DNA of 64,000 bases from Octopus sinensis (GCF_006345805.1 NC_043016.1:62001-126000); one strand, 5' to 3'; shown: positions 38,445 to 52,510, counted from the first letter of the stretch. The notes: a model not told the origin generated them from the letters alone. Numbers and translations are program-made.

Positions 38445-39710
38445 TTTATTGCCACCGGGGAGAAGGATGAAGCGCACAACACAAAGATGGACATAAAGTG
38501 TTGAGAGAAAATACATATTTAAATGTAAGGAAAATATATACAGTGTACAATAAGACAGAGAAGTATGCATTGTATACAATAGCGAAAATAAAATAAAACA
38601 AAGAAGATAAAGTGGAGAAGATTGTGATAATGATGTGGTCCTACTGACACAAGAAGACCTCTAAGGACAATCGAGGAACCTCACCGTCCAAGATGTTGCA
38701 GAACATCAAGGACCTAGTGCCCTCTCCGACTCACAGATCTATACTTAGAGTGATACCATAAACTCTTGCTATTTTCGCAACTTTCACGCACCTTTCCATA
38801 AATTCACCTGAGGACAGCACCTTCCTCTCCACCCTTACTTTCCTATTCAAGTGAAACTTGGAAAAGTCGATGAAGGTTCTATCAAAAACAAATGTCACAG
38901 ACTACTTTCCTTTCCGCCTCCTCCACCAGAAAACCTCTCTCGCCACCGCCATCAGGCAAAGAAAATCTGCCTTACTTGCCCGGCTAAAGGAAATCAGCGA
39001 GGCAATTCTCACTATGGACTCGGCAGACAGATGGGTCCGTCCAACACACGACAGCAGCTGACCCCACAGGTTAGCAATGACTGTACACGTCGGATACGCT
39101 CGTCTGACAGCAACATCTGTGCCTGTAGAGTTTACCTTGATCTGGAAGCTCAACTCGGTAGCACTGCCATACCAAGGATATCTTGAAATTATCCATAGTC
39201 GTCCCTGACCGGAAATTCCTCCGAAACAGACAAGCCAATTCGTTTCCCTGTGTACGTCGTCGTACTTCCCCCATCACCACCACTAATCCTCTCTAGATTG
39301 CTAAAATGGAACTTCCATCGATCCCATTGCTCGAACTATTCTTCACCCAGAATTGCAGTTCCGTCAAGGAGATGAGCTGCGGAAAGTCGTGCCTCACAAA
39401 CGGAGCCCACACACGCTCACCGCCCAGAAATCGTTGCAGGTGACGCAACCTGAGTGATAGTCTCCGCATCACAAGCCACGACATACCTAAGCTGCTTCAC
39501 AGAGGGTGCTGATAGTAAACTTATTGTTTGGCTATTGGAACAGGTCCCTTCGAAAAGAAACTAAATACGAGATGCTTCAACTTGCTCAAGCAGTAACCGG
39601 TAGTAGGGCACGACAGTGAGGCAATAACTGATAACGGAGGCAATATAGTGAATCGCCACCTCTGCCCGATGTTTTAGGAACAGCTTCTTCTCTGACCAGT
39701 TTATCAGTTT
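38440..39710 (-). mobile_element. Tx1/L1-like LINE 3' ~1.3 kb
   Basis: LRLRHLQRFLGGERVWAPFVRHDFPQL and HLSAESIVRI homologous to the plus copy; ends gtggcaataaaaaaaa-(ATC)n. Confidence 0.8.
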
Positions 39711-39719
39711 AGCAGGTGT

Positions 39720-41557
39720 CGGTAAGCGCAAACGTGCGCATCCCGAGCAAGTCTATCCACGACAACCTCCATATTATGTGCAACACATAGAGAGGGCTGG
39801 GACGATAGCAGGCTTCTCGGGTGCTCTGATCCATTTGGATCAATCATAAGTATTCGATAGGGTCGATAATCACTATTTAGAAGCCGTCCTGAAAGCACAG
39901 CGGTTTCGGACCCGTTTTCAGAGGCTGGATCGCTGTTCAGTGATCAAAGTAAACGACCACCTATCGAAGCCATTTGGCATCGCATGCTCAGTCCGTCAGG
40001 GCTGCCCGCTGTCGCATCTTCTATACATATTGGCACTCGAGCCACTGTTATAGAAGTTGGAGCAGCTAAGTGGAATCCCTTTTGAACTGGGACAAGGAAA
40101 GTCAGTGTTAGCATACGCGGACGATGCCACCATCATGGTGTCGGATTCTTCCGAAGTGGAAACGGTCGGCACATCCTAAAGGAATATGAGTCAGTCGCAG
40201 GGACTAAAATTACCAAGAAATGGGCTGAAAGCTGTCCCTGAAAGGTCGGGCAGAGGTGGAGAATGCTTACCTCGCCTCCGTCGTGTCTTGATCCGCTTAC
40301 GGCTTGGCCAAGTTGGAGCGTCTCTTATTTAAATTCTTATGGAAAGAACGCGTTCCAATGATGAGGTGGTCAGTCTGTTGTCAGCATCGTCTGAGTGGCG
40401 GCTTAGGCATGCTCTGGCTCCTAATGTACATACACGCCCTTAGATCACGTCACCTGCAACGATTTCTTGAAGGTGAGCGTGTGTGGGCTCTGTTTGTGAG
40501 GCTCGTCTTTCCGCAGCTCGTCTTCTCGATGCAGCTGCAGATTTGGATGAAGAAAAGACCGGGACTGGGCCCCAGACACCTAAAATGTCGTCAGGCGCTC
40601 ACAACCTTCTACCAGTCGGGCAATGGGATCGGTGGATGTACTGCTTTATAAATTTGTAGAGGATTAGTGGCGAGGAAGTGCGACGATGTTTTCGGGGAGA
40701 CTTTGGGCGCCGACGAGAACGAACTGGCTAGTCTGTTCCGGTTGGGAACTATCATGGATAATTTCCAGATGTACTTGACCTCACAGTGCTGCCGGGGGCG
40801 CTACCGGGGGCGCTACCGGTCCGAGACAAACCCTACAGGAACGGGTGCGCTGTCAGATGGACTTATCCGAGGTGCGTGCAGAATGACGAAACCGTTCTGC
40901 ACGCCTTCGTTCAATATCCGGGCATTGCTGACTTGTGGGATTATGTTGAACAGCTGCTGTCACGCGTGGGATGGATCCATCTGTCAGCCGAGTCTGTAGT
41001 GATGACTGCACCACCGCCCTCCTTCAATCATTCAGGCAAGACAGTTTTCCATTGCCTAGTTGCTGTGGCGAAAGAGGTTGTTTGGTGGACAAGACTGAAA
41101 GGTGTCAGGACAGATATATTCGTTGACTTCTTCAAGATTCACTTGAAAAGGAAATTGAGAGTGGAGGGGGAAGTGACGTCCTCGAGTGAGTTTATCGAAA
41201 GGTGAGTGAAAGTTGCGAAAAGGGCATGAGTGGATGGTACCTCTCTAAGTGTAGACCTGTGAGTCGGAAGGAAGGAATTGGAGAGGGCACCTGCTCATAA
41301 GGTTTCAGGAAAATACCGGACAGTGGGGTTATTTGATCATCCCTAGAGGTGTTCCTGTATGAGTAGGACCACATCTCAATCATCCTCCCATCCCCCTTTT
41401 TTCACCTTTGTATGCTATGTATATGTCTCTTCTTTTCCAGTGTATACTGTTTATACTTTTTTTAATCATTTCATTATTATATGTAAACCCCCACACTTTA
41501 TGTCTGTCTTTGTATTGTACTCTTCATCCTTCGCCCTTGTGGCAAATAAATGAAATC
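39720..41557 (+). mobile_element. Tx1/L1-like LINE (RT to 3' end), decayed
   Basis: QTCAIPSKSIHDNLH, FDRVDNHYL, SVRQGCPLSHLLYILALEPLL, VLAYADD, KLERLLFKFLWK, zinc-knuckle remnant PRCVQNDETVLH; 3' gcccttgtggcaaataaa-(ATT)n. Confidence 0.88.
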
Positions 41558-41595
41558 ATTATTATTATTATTATTATCATTATTATTATTATTAT

Positions 41596-42062
41596 TGAGT
41601 GAGAGAGCAGTTCATGCCATCAAAGTGACACTGGGGTAAAATATACGTAGCCCAGTATACCCATATTGACTACCCGTCTGATAAGGGTACACCAGGCACA
41701 TGCATCACATCCATATGTGCGCGACATGGTGATCTCATATCAAGGTAAACAGCGCATGACCTTGCAGGTGGGGCCCAGTTAGAATTTTCTTCCGGTCGAG
41801 TAGCCCATCCCGCTCAAAAGGTCCCGGAATAAGGGTTGTTTAAGGATGTTGAAAGAACCACCCATGTTTCCAAAGGTGAATTATTCAAACCCCAAAGAAT
41901 CCCCCTCAACACATGGCTATGATGCTCCCCCACTATTTCTGCTCGTGATCAGAGATGCACATATCGTCAGCCACTAAGGGACATGCTCAACTGGTTAAGG
42001 TCAAACAACTGACAAGCAAATCTGTGGTATTGAGCAGAATATTTGCTGTAGCCCATCTTTTA
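41596..42062 (-). mobile_element. 5'-truncated copy of the (TAA)n-embedded element
   Basis: Matches 42863-43323; breaks at gcccatcttt into an (ATT)n tract. Confidence 0.88.
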
Positions 42063-42071
42063 TTATTATTA

Positions 42072-42147
<76 letters not shown>

Positions 42148-42200
42148 CATTATTATTATTATTATTAATATTACCATTATTATTATTATTATCATTATTA

Positions 42201-42267
<67 letters not shown>

Positions 42268-42303
42268 TATTATTATTATATTTTATTTATTATATTATTA
42301 TTA

Positions 42304-42337
<34 letters not shown>

Positions 42338-42492
42338 TTATTATTATTATTTTATTATTATTATTATTATCATTATTATTATTATTATTATTATTAATAT
42401 TACCATTATTATTATTATTATTATTATTATCATTATTATTATTATTATTACCATTATTATTATTATTATTATTATCATTATTATTATTATTC
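42063..42492. repeat. (ATT)n with ATC/ACC interruptions
   Basis: Direct reading. Confidence 0.95.
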
Positions 42493-42805
42493 TATGTTTG
42501 GCTTTTGCTTTATATTGTACAAGTTGGCTCCAAGTCTCACCCAGAGACCTCAAGAAACAACAGGTTGGAAGTTCACGTTGTTGTTATGCCTAGTGTGCCA
42601 TATATTTATGTTTTTGTTTTTTTGGTGTTGTACAAGTGAATGTCTAACAAAGAAAAAACGAAAATTATGTTTGTTTTAAACCTTGAGATTACATAAAAAG
42701 TATTTTGCGTAGGATATGGGCAGTTCCCATGAGCACTATCTTTTGAATTTCTGCCATTTTGGGGTTTCCTGGTATCTGAGTTAGGTAGCAATCAGCCCCT
42801 TTTGC

Positions 42806-42862
<57 letters not shown>

Positions 42863-42863
<1 letters not shown>

Positions 42864-43413
42864 GAGTGAGCGAGCAGAGCATGCCATCAAAGTGACACTG
42901 GGGTAAAATATACGAAGCCCAGTATACCCATCATGACTACCCGTTGATAAGGGTACACCAGGCACATGCATCACAACCATATGTGCGCGACATGGTGATC
43001 TCATATCAAGATAAGCAGCACATGACCTTGCAGGTGGAGCCCAGTTAGAATTTTCTTCAGGTCGAGTAACCCATCCGCTCAAAAGGTCCCTGAATAAGGG
43101 GTTTAAGGACGTTGAACGAAACACCTATGTTTCCAGAGGTGAATTATTCAAACCCCAAAGAATCCTTCTCAACACATGGCTATGATGCTCCCCCACTACT
43201 TCTGCTCGTGATCAGAGATGCACATATCGTCAGCCACTAAGGGACATGCTCAACTGGTTAAGGTCAAACAACTGACAAGCAAATCTGTGGTATTGAGCAG
43301 AATATTTGCTGTAGCCCATCTTTTATACCAAGACAAAACAATGTACATGATAACACTTCCAATCAGTTAAGATCAGAAGCCATGAGAGCCACTGCCTGGT
43401 ACTGCATCAGGGC
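42863..43413 (-). mobile_element. ~550-bp (TAA)n-embedded element, full length
   Basis: 5' end gccctgatgcagtaccaggcagtggctctcatggc; 3' end gctcgctcactca-(ATA)n. Confidence 0.88.
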
Positions 43414-43680
<267 letters not shown>

Positions 43681-43880
43681 ATTCTACAAGGCCCAAAATT
43701 TGACAGGAGTGCTAGTTAATTATACTGATCCAAATGCTCGACTGGTGCTCATTTCATCGACCCCGAAAGAATGAAAAGCGAAGTCGACATTTGTGGAATT
43801 TGAACTCAAAGCACAATGACTGACGGATGTCGGTAAGCATTTTGTTCGGCGTACTAACAAGTCTGCCATTTCACTGCCTT
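43681..43880 (-). mobile_element. Old S1-variant SINE
   Basis: atcgaccccgaaagaatgaaaag..gaatttgaactc core. Confidence 0.7.
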
Positions 43881-43926
43881 ACTAACAGCAACCAACCAAC
43901 AACGACGACGATTACGATGATGCGGT

Positions 43927-43960
<34 letters not shown>

Positions 43961-46060
43961 ATTTTTATTAACTATTAAAGGTTTCCGAAAGGATCGATGA
44001 CGTTACCGAACGATGCAAAACAGCGTACGGTTACGTGAAAGCGTGTAAACAGTAAAATAACAAAGACAACGAAAGAAAACATTTTTTTATATCGGGGAAT
44101 ACATCCCAGAGATGCTCGTGGAAACTGCAGAAAGCCACGGTCAGTCTGAACACTGGGGCAAGTACTCTTTCCCCTGCCAAAGTGTATTTGTGCATGATCA
44201 GACCAGGTCTGTTCACACGGACCATCACTTCCGCATTCACCCACTTTTCAACAAATTTGCCGCAAAAAGTACTTCTTTCTCCACCGTCAATGTTCTCGTC
44301 AATTGAGATTTGAAAAAGTTTGAAAAAAGAATTATGAGTGTTTGGCCAAAGAGGAAGATGTGTCTTCAGCCCTTTCAATTTGGTCCATCTCACAATTTCT
44401 CTCCTTAAGACCACCATGCAGTTAAACATCACCTCTCCTTCCTGGTCAAAGGAAAGGTGGCGGAACGAACTTCACAAAACACTCAGTAGATATCCGGATC
44501 CGTCTTAAGCGAGGCAGCAGATGTTCGGCGTAAACCCGCAAGTCAGCAACGCTCTGACACGGGACGAGTGTATGCAGAACAGTTCCATCACTTTGCGTGC
44601 ATCTCGGGCTGGTACATCTGATGGTACTTCTACAACTGTATTCTTTATCATAAACAGGTAATCTTTTTCCGGTTGCACTACCACGTCAAAGATCTTTGGA
44701 TTTTATCCTTGGTACTGGACTGAAACATTATCCAGAACAAACCAGGTATGGAGATGAATGTCCGAGAGACTAACAGCAGGTTCACTGTTTCCAGTTACCG
44801 GTTCTTGATCCTATCGAAAGCTTTCATGTCTTGAGCCTTATCTATATTTTCTATATTGTATAAGCGGCAGTTTACCCAGGGTAGATCTCTATAAGAGCGC
44901 ACATATCTGTGACAACCACTTCGCTAACACTTAAATTCTTCGACTCCGCGTTTCAACGAGCCTTATTGTAAGTCTCGTAGGGCAACTTACCCTAGAAATA
45001 ACTTCTCGTATTTCAATACTGACTCACGTTTGGCGAGTCACCAGAGGCTATCAGGTTAAACACTGAGGTCCATCATGCAGTTGGGTTCTCCACTATTTGT
45101 TAACAGTCGTGTGAGGTACCGCTGAAAGGCTTTATACCTCTGCTTGGAATCAAATAGCATGCGATCGTCATGGTGAGTCAGAGATGTAATTGTGTCTTTT
45201 TAACCAAGTTGCACCTCTTTCACTTGAGTCACCGAGCCTCTCTCACCCCTTTGTATTTTTGAGCACGATGTTAGTTCTGACAACACGGAAATCGTGCTTC
45301 GAATTATCCACCCTCGATGTAAGCATGCTTTTTTCTTTACTCTTCCTAAGCACCACTTCTAGGTGTCTAAATAAGTCACCTTCTTATCTCGTTTTCTACA
45401 TCGCTAATTGCTTACGATATCTTATTGATTCGACACTAATTACTCATTTCAGGCTTATATCAGCTATTGTTGACGACAACCCCTGCCAATTGATTCGCTA
45501 ACCTGGTGTCTGAATTTTTTATAGCCAGGAAACGCACTTTCATTTGCTAGGAACATAGTTCTTTTCTAAGTTGATCTTACAGATTCTAAATTTTCTGGCT
45601 TGAGTAGCCGGCCATTTTGAATACTGGAGACCCTATGCTATTCCTACCATTTGCGACTTGAATAACTCGATGTGTTTTGCCTATGTCCACATTGGTACAT
45701 TCTGGAAATCCAGTCGGCACTCGTCAGACATTTGGAAACGTCTGAACCTGTTTGTTAAGTTTTTTCACCACTTCTATCAGGTAGTCCCACACAACCTTAA
45801 GGTGAATCTAAAACGGCATCCCAGTCGTCCCACAAAGACCAAAGGAGAATATGGTCCCGGGAAAACCTCAAGAGGGCTGAAGAAAAATAACAACCTCATT
45901 CATGTCGATGTAGACAATCTCTACTCTAAAGGCATCCTCGTCAGTAACATTAACGACCAATGCCACCAAATTCTGTTCTGAAAGGGGGCCCGGAAAAACC
46001 ACAGCAGCTTCACTTCCCTTTCCAGTCGTCTTTGAAATACGCACACCAAATTACAACAGA
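43961..46060 (-). mobile_element. Internally deleted Tx1/L1-like LINE (APE remnant, RT N-terminal part, 3' end)
   Basis: APE-like remnant (PLEVF..LVFVG..NVPMWT), KAFDRI, REIVRWTKLKGLKT; (ATC)n tail. Confidence 0.7.
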
Positions 46061-46989
46061 AAATAAGCATGAAGATTCACGGCTCGAAATTCTGGTCATA
46101 TGATGGTCATCTCACGTTTATCGAATGACCTGAGGACATTGAGCTAGGCGTCCTTGTTTCCATGGCGACTTTTGGCATTTGTACTGTTCATTCCATGTAT
46201 GACAATGCTAGAGAGAAGGGTGAAGGTGGGAAAGGCCCACTTAATTTATTCCACCAGAGACAGAGATATTCCGTTCCTCTGACGAGGGGTAACACTCTTT
46301 GCACCAGATAGATTGGTATCACTGGAGCAATCGTCTGTCTCCTGTGGGAAGGTGCAGTGCTTCTGGACTTTGCGAGTGGAAAATCATTCACATGTATCCG
46401 AACTATTAGCATGTCCCATAAAAAATAGTACTGGACCGCATCACCCGGTCAGGAATCGAAACCACACTCTTACGAGTTCAACGACCTAAGCACTAAATCA
46501 CACGCCTCGACACGTGATCTAGTTGGCTTAAGCAAATTATCTTACAAAATTTCAACAATTAACGACATTTGAACATATAAACAGACGAGCGAACCCATGA
46601 GATTCCAAGCGATGTGTTTCTGACACCACTGCACCACACCACTTCCACTACCAACACGACAACAACAACTAAAATAAATTTCTGGCAATAATTACTAACA
46701 TAAATAATAAAAGCTTTTCTCGATTAGTCACAAGGGCTAAGGAGATACAGAATGTGTAAAGAAACGATAAGGAGAAACCTTACAATGACGTGCGGCTTAG
46801 AGCGTATGTGTTCTACACAAACGTTATACAAATATGAAAATTAAAACTTTAAAAAATTAAACATCTATTTTGCCGGAATATATGAAAACAGCACGATAAA
46901 TCTCACTATAATTAAAATAAGATATTTATATAAATATTAATTCTCTATTCACGTTGATCAAGTTTCCTCACTTCCCTTCTTAAGTTTTA

Positions 46990-48240
46990 ATCTCTAAATC
47001 CTTCCTGTATTTTTTATGGCAGGAGATACGACAATTTTTCCCGAGAAGATCTTGGATTATAGCAAATAATGACTTCCCATGACCGTTGAATCGTTATTAT
47101 ATAGAATACTTCGTAAAGTTTATTCGAGAGTTTGTATTACAAATCTCTGCCTTATATTGTTCAAAATCTGATCCCACTTCCTTTCCGATTCGTACTTCGG
47201 CTTTTCTTGCGCATATTGTATAAGTATGTTGTAGGAGCTTTGTTACTCTTTCGAATGACTGTGAAGTTCATTCTGTTCAGAGTTTAAGCTGGTTCCACCT
47301 CACAGGAAATTACTTTTCCTTCATATGAATTCTTCGTCAGCCGAGTGTATCTCCTTGTCACAGGACGTGTTTTCATAGCATTTTAACGTTCTTTTATGTG
47401 AGTCTTTCATTTACTTGTGAAAGTTTGCTTACTCCATCAGAATCCCAATAAGCAGACAGCGCGGTACTACTACGAGAAGATACTGCAACGAGAGTATATC
47501 TGCTGGTTGTTTAGTACTTGCTGTTGGGTTGCCATTCGTTGGATAACTTTGGATAATGTTCTCGCCAGTTGTAGATTATAGAGGGAATTCTTAGATTTCA
47601 TCTTTCGTTCCTGGTAATGAGTGAAAAATAATTTCGCTTGATGACTCACAAGTTAAGATTGGAGTAGCCTTAGGAGCGCCACCCCTAAGTATACTCTTTT
47701 TTGTAAGCTTTCAGTATAGGAACCTCTTAATCCTTTTGAAACCGCCTCTGGCTCTGTAGTACAAATGTCTTGTTTTCATAAGTTTTGAATTAAAATCTTC
47801 CACCAAACATTAGTCACAATTAATGTCCCTAACACTAGCTTAATGATAACTAAGTTATTTTATTGAATTCTTTGTTATATTTAAAATAATTGAAAGAAAC
47901 ACAGAGCATCTCAAAATAATTACAGTAACGAAAGGGTTAAACCGATTGTAGTCCCACTTTTGTAGAAGCCAATTCGTTTACTTTGGCTGTTTTAAGGGCT
48001 CCCTCTTCTTGATTATAAACTTCTGATATTATTTTGAAGCCTTGTAGGGTTATAGTTACTAGTATGTCCATGGAGATTATACCTGACCACATACTACCAA
48101 AGAAATCTAACTACTTACCCATATTACAGTCAGTCGTCCATATAATCACCGATGTTTCTAAAGACCAAACGTCTTCTTTTCTCCATTATACTACTAGACA
48201 AGCTCATGGACAAGTGACACGCAAAAAACTTTAGCATGTC
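46990..48240 (-). mobile_element. Very old LINE-like remnant (RTE-like endonuclease/linker?)
   Basis: Weak protein-like composition with many stops; no clean motif. Confidence 0.25.
47727..47940. mobile_element. piggyBac-type non-autonomous element
   Basis: TTAA at 47727-47730 and 47937-47940; right end taacgaaaggg (CCCTTT-type terminus), left end tccttttg degenerate. Confidence 0.55.
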
Positions 48241-48802
48241 TCGTTCTCTTTCGTTTTTCTGTAGCCTTAGCAAAGTACAAGTAGATTACTTCCTTCCACC
48301 TGTACTACGCTGTAGTAGGTTCATACCACTTCAGCAAAATGTTCTCATGCTTTTGTTCTTACCACAAAATATTTCATACAAAGCGTTTTATTTTGTTTCA
48401 ATGATTGCAAAGTACAGCATGTTTATGCACTGTACGATACTTCCATGAGTATTATGTATGATTGTTGTTCTATATTCTGTATTTTTTCTTTGTATATATC
48501 AGTATTATTTTGAATTATTTATTATTTATTTGTTTACCGATACAATTTTTTTTCATTTTGATTTCTTTTGTTTGGTGACTATGTTTGCTTTTTACTGTAA
48601 TCTTTCTGAGGGCGGATCCGCCTTAACGTTCAACGGTAAAATAAAATGAAAATATTATTTAGACTCGCCTTGTTATCTAACCCCAGTAAGTGGTATACCT
48701 TACAAATCCAAATAAGAATTTTTTCTATCAGTTACTCATGTAAATCAACAAAAAATATCGCAATTGTATTTTATCACGTCGGACTGAAGTCTGCAGCAGA
48801 TA

Positions 48803-48933
<131 letters not shown>

Positions 48934-50504
48934 TTCATTTGCTAGTACCGCTAGTCGAAGCGCTAGAATGTAAAGATTTCAACAAATTATCATAGCCAAA
49001 TAGCTGCCATTTAAACAGATAGCCAGTTCTTTTTTGTAGTCACTCTTCCCACCATTAATTGCTAGGGTAGAACTCCTAAAAATCTCACTACCCGACTTCT
49101 GGATACAGTTGTGAATGAAATTCGCGTTAGTTCAGGAGCCAGGTACCTCGTCTCGGTGTTTGCTTGATTCAGGTGCTTGGAAACAGGTGCAATGTGAAGG
49201 TTACTTGAAGGTGACAATATCCACTCATTGTCCAAAGGATGTCAAAAAGTAGACTCTCTAATTTTATTAAATTGTAACTGAAACATTGTAAGTTTGTCAA
49301 ATGGTAAATAATAACGGTAATAAGGTGTTCACTAACTCTGTTCAACTTTTCATGGAAAGCTTTCTTTCATCTCAAGAAAAGACTTCTTAAATTACTTGTT
49401 ACTTCTTCTAAGTTACGATCTGCATAGAAACCAAGGTTAAACCCAGAATCAGATCAAATTAAAGTGTCTGTTTTGATCCAGAGCTCTATGACACCATCCA
49501 TTGCCATAGATTTGTCTCTCATGTGCCAAACTTTGCTCACCTGAGTTGGATTTTGTTCGTATCACTCACTAGTATTCTTAATGAATAGTACCGACCGACT
49601 CTTTTTCGATGGCGTCCGACATCATAATGACTCCAAGTCCTTCATTATGCTGACAGGGCCAAAAGTGACGCTCAAAAGGAACCCCTTCAAATACTCCATT
49701 TCCCTCAGGATTGGCTCGAATGCCAGCATACAGAGAAGAGGCAACGGAGGCACTCTTCAAGAATGAAACATTCAATTCACATGTTTTTAAGAAGAGGCTT
49801 CTAACTACACGGCAGATGCCGCTACACATTATAGCGAATAGAACCCTCTCAGATCAGCTACCAAATAACTATGGTCGATCATATAATAGGGTGTCTACTG
49901 TTCCAAATTTATCGGTCTTCTTCTGACAGCTATCTTCATTACAAACTGTATGATGTAATTTGTTAGATGGAAATAGTTATGTTTTCGAACTTTACTTTTA
50001 CTGTCTAGACTACCGACAAGTATCGATCTCTGTTAAATCATTGGCCAAAATCTTAATCTCGGTATCGATAAGAGTTACGCACTAAAAAGTTGGACACAAT
50101 GTATGCTTTACCACTGTCCTTTCTCTGCTATGCTGCTACGCTCTGTCACACATAACTGAAATTTCTCCCAGTTGCGAGAAACCTAAGACAAAAGGTCACC
50201 AAATAAAAATGGCAAATATTCGTTAATCTTGAAAGGCAGACCATCTGAGTAAGATAAATTGCAACCTTGTACAACTACTCGGCGCCTCTTGTATTTCAGG
50301 AACTGTTATTGGATTTTAACAGCACCTTACATGTTTCATCTTGTTTCCACTACTGTCTTCCGTCTATCATACTTTCTGAACGACCAAGAAAAATGGTGCT
50401 GGAAAGTGGAGTTAATGACTATGGTTTTGTGTTCATTTGGTTACTGCTGTGTTAGTTTATGTTCTTATTGTTGTTGTTATTGTTGTTGTTGTTGCTGTTG
50501 TTGT

Positions 50505-50675
50505 TTGTTTGTTTGTTGAGCGAAGCAGTCTTCGTCCCAGAGCTCGCAAGATCGCGCCTGTGTAGTGGGAGAAGTCCGAAACGTGGTCCTTTGCTATTCG
50601 TAAGACCCGCAGAAGAGAGCATCGACTGATGGATGAATGCGCATCTAGGCTCAGCAATTGCGTAGGAAGTCGGGC
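50505..50675 (-). mobile_element. S3 tail-a fragment with (CAA)n tail
   Basis: gggagaagtccgaaacgtggtcc.ttgctattcgtaagacccgcagaagag shared with 17500-17550. Confidence 0.8.
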
Positions 50676-51220
50676 TGTTGTTTTTTTATCATCACCATCA
50701 TCATCATCATCATCATCATCATCATTCACATTTACCTCATACATCATAAATGCTTTTAATTATTATTGATCATATTTCTTGTTTCATTTCAAACTTGGAT
50801 ATTTTCTTTTTTTTTTACTTTCACGTGATTCAAAGAAAAATTAATATTTTATTTAATTTTGCTTCCCAAGTTGTGTATCGGAAACAAGAAAAATAGAAAA
50901 ATACATCGCCTTAATAAGTGAAATCTTGAATTACAAAAGCCACTGTCTGTTAAACAAATTTGATGGGGAGTTTTCACGACGGACCTATTTAAAGAATTTT
51001 CTTGCAGGGGTAGAAAGGCGTGCTGCCACTAACAGCAGTCATTGTCATATCTACCGTTCTTCAGTCACGAGTCAGCCTATGATTGAACATGTTCCAATCA
51101 TGACAATCAGATCTTTTAGTTAAACAAAACATTTGTCTAGACATATATATAACCCTTTGCAAGGCGCCCGAAACTTGTAACACAGTGCGAGGAACTATGT
51201 GTAGTTCATGGATTATATCG

Positions 51221-51609
51221 TTTATTTGTTTCAGTCATTTGACCGAGGCCATGCTGGAGCACCGCCTTTAGTTGAGGAAATAGACACCAGGGCTTATTCT
51301 TTGTAAGCCTAGTGCTTATTCTATCGGTCTCTTTTTCCGAACCGCTAAGTTACGGGGGCGTAAACACACCAGCAAGTGATGTTGGGGGGACAAATACAGA
51401 CACACAAATACACACACACACACACATATATATATACATATATATATATATTCGACGGGCTTCTTTCAGTTTCCGTCTACCAAATCCACTCACAAGGCTT
51501 TGGTCGGCCAAAGGCTATAGTAGAAGACACTTAACCAAAGTGCCACGCAGTGGGACTGAACCCAGAACCATGTGGTTGGAAAGTAAGCTACTTACCACAC
51601 AGCCACTCC
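51221..51609 (-). mobile_element. S2 SINE, full length
   Basis: Head, core, internal (TA)(CA) tract and tail. Confidence 0.9.
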
Positions 51610-51914
51610 AAAGCCTGCAACTATAAATTTGCAGGATTAAAATAGGATAAAATCTTACATCACGCTGAAATCGATTTTGCCTTCTTTATTCTTTCGAGGT
51701 CGTGAAAATAATTAAGTGAAATTTGTGTCGAAGAATCAACGTATTTTATAGTTCTTTCACAATAAAACGAGAATTCTTTGCTGCACGCAGCTTATACAAG
51801 AAACCAGGGTAATTTCGTGCAATGGGGGTAATAAAAAGTAACATTTAGACGTCAAAGAAATGTGTTATGCAATATTTTAATTAATATCAATATTGGCAAA
51901 ATTTATATAGGGTT

Positions 51915-51948
<34 letters not shown>

Positions 51949-52104
51949 ATGCTTGTTTTTAATGTTTGTTCATATATTTATTTCTTCATCACTGTTATAT
52001 GTCTACGTTGATGTATAACATCTGTAACGTTTTACAAATAATTATTATGACTTGAAATATCTATGGAAAAGCAAATTTCTTTTATTTTTTTAATATTTTA
52101 TCTT

Positions 52105-52298
52105 TTATTCGTTTCAGCCATTAGACTGTGGCCATGCTGGAGCACTGCCTTCAATTTATTGTCGAATGAAACACCCCCCCAGTAATTAGTTTTTAAACCT
52201 GGTATTTATTTTATCTGCCTCCTTTTTGCCAAACCGCTATGTTACAGAGACTTAAACACACCAACACCGGTTGTCAAGGAGTGATGAGGGAACAAACA

Positions 52299-52348
<50 letters not shown>

Positions 52349-52510
52349 TATATACATATATATATACGACAGGCTCCTTTTCGTTTCCGTCTACTAAACC
52401 CAATCACAAGGCTTTAGGCTACAGCAGAAGACACTTCCCCAAGGAGCACGAAGTGGGACTGAACACTGAACCATGTGGTTAGGAAGCGAGCTTCTTAATA
52501 TACAACCACT
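52105..52510 (-). mobile_element. S2 SINE, diverged
   Basis: Same architecture as 51221-51609. Confidence 0.8.
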
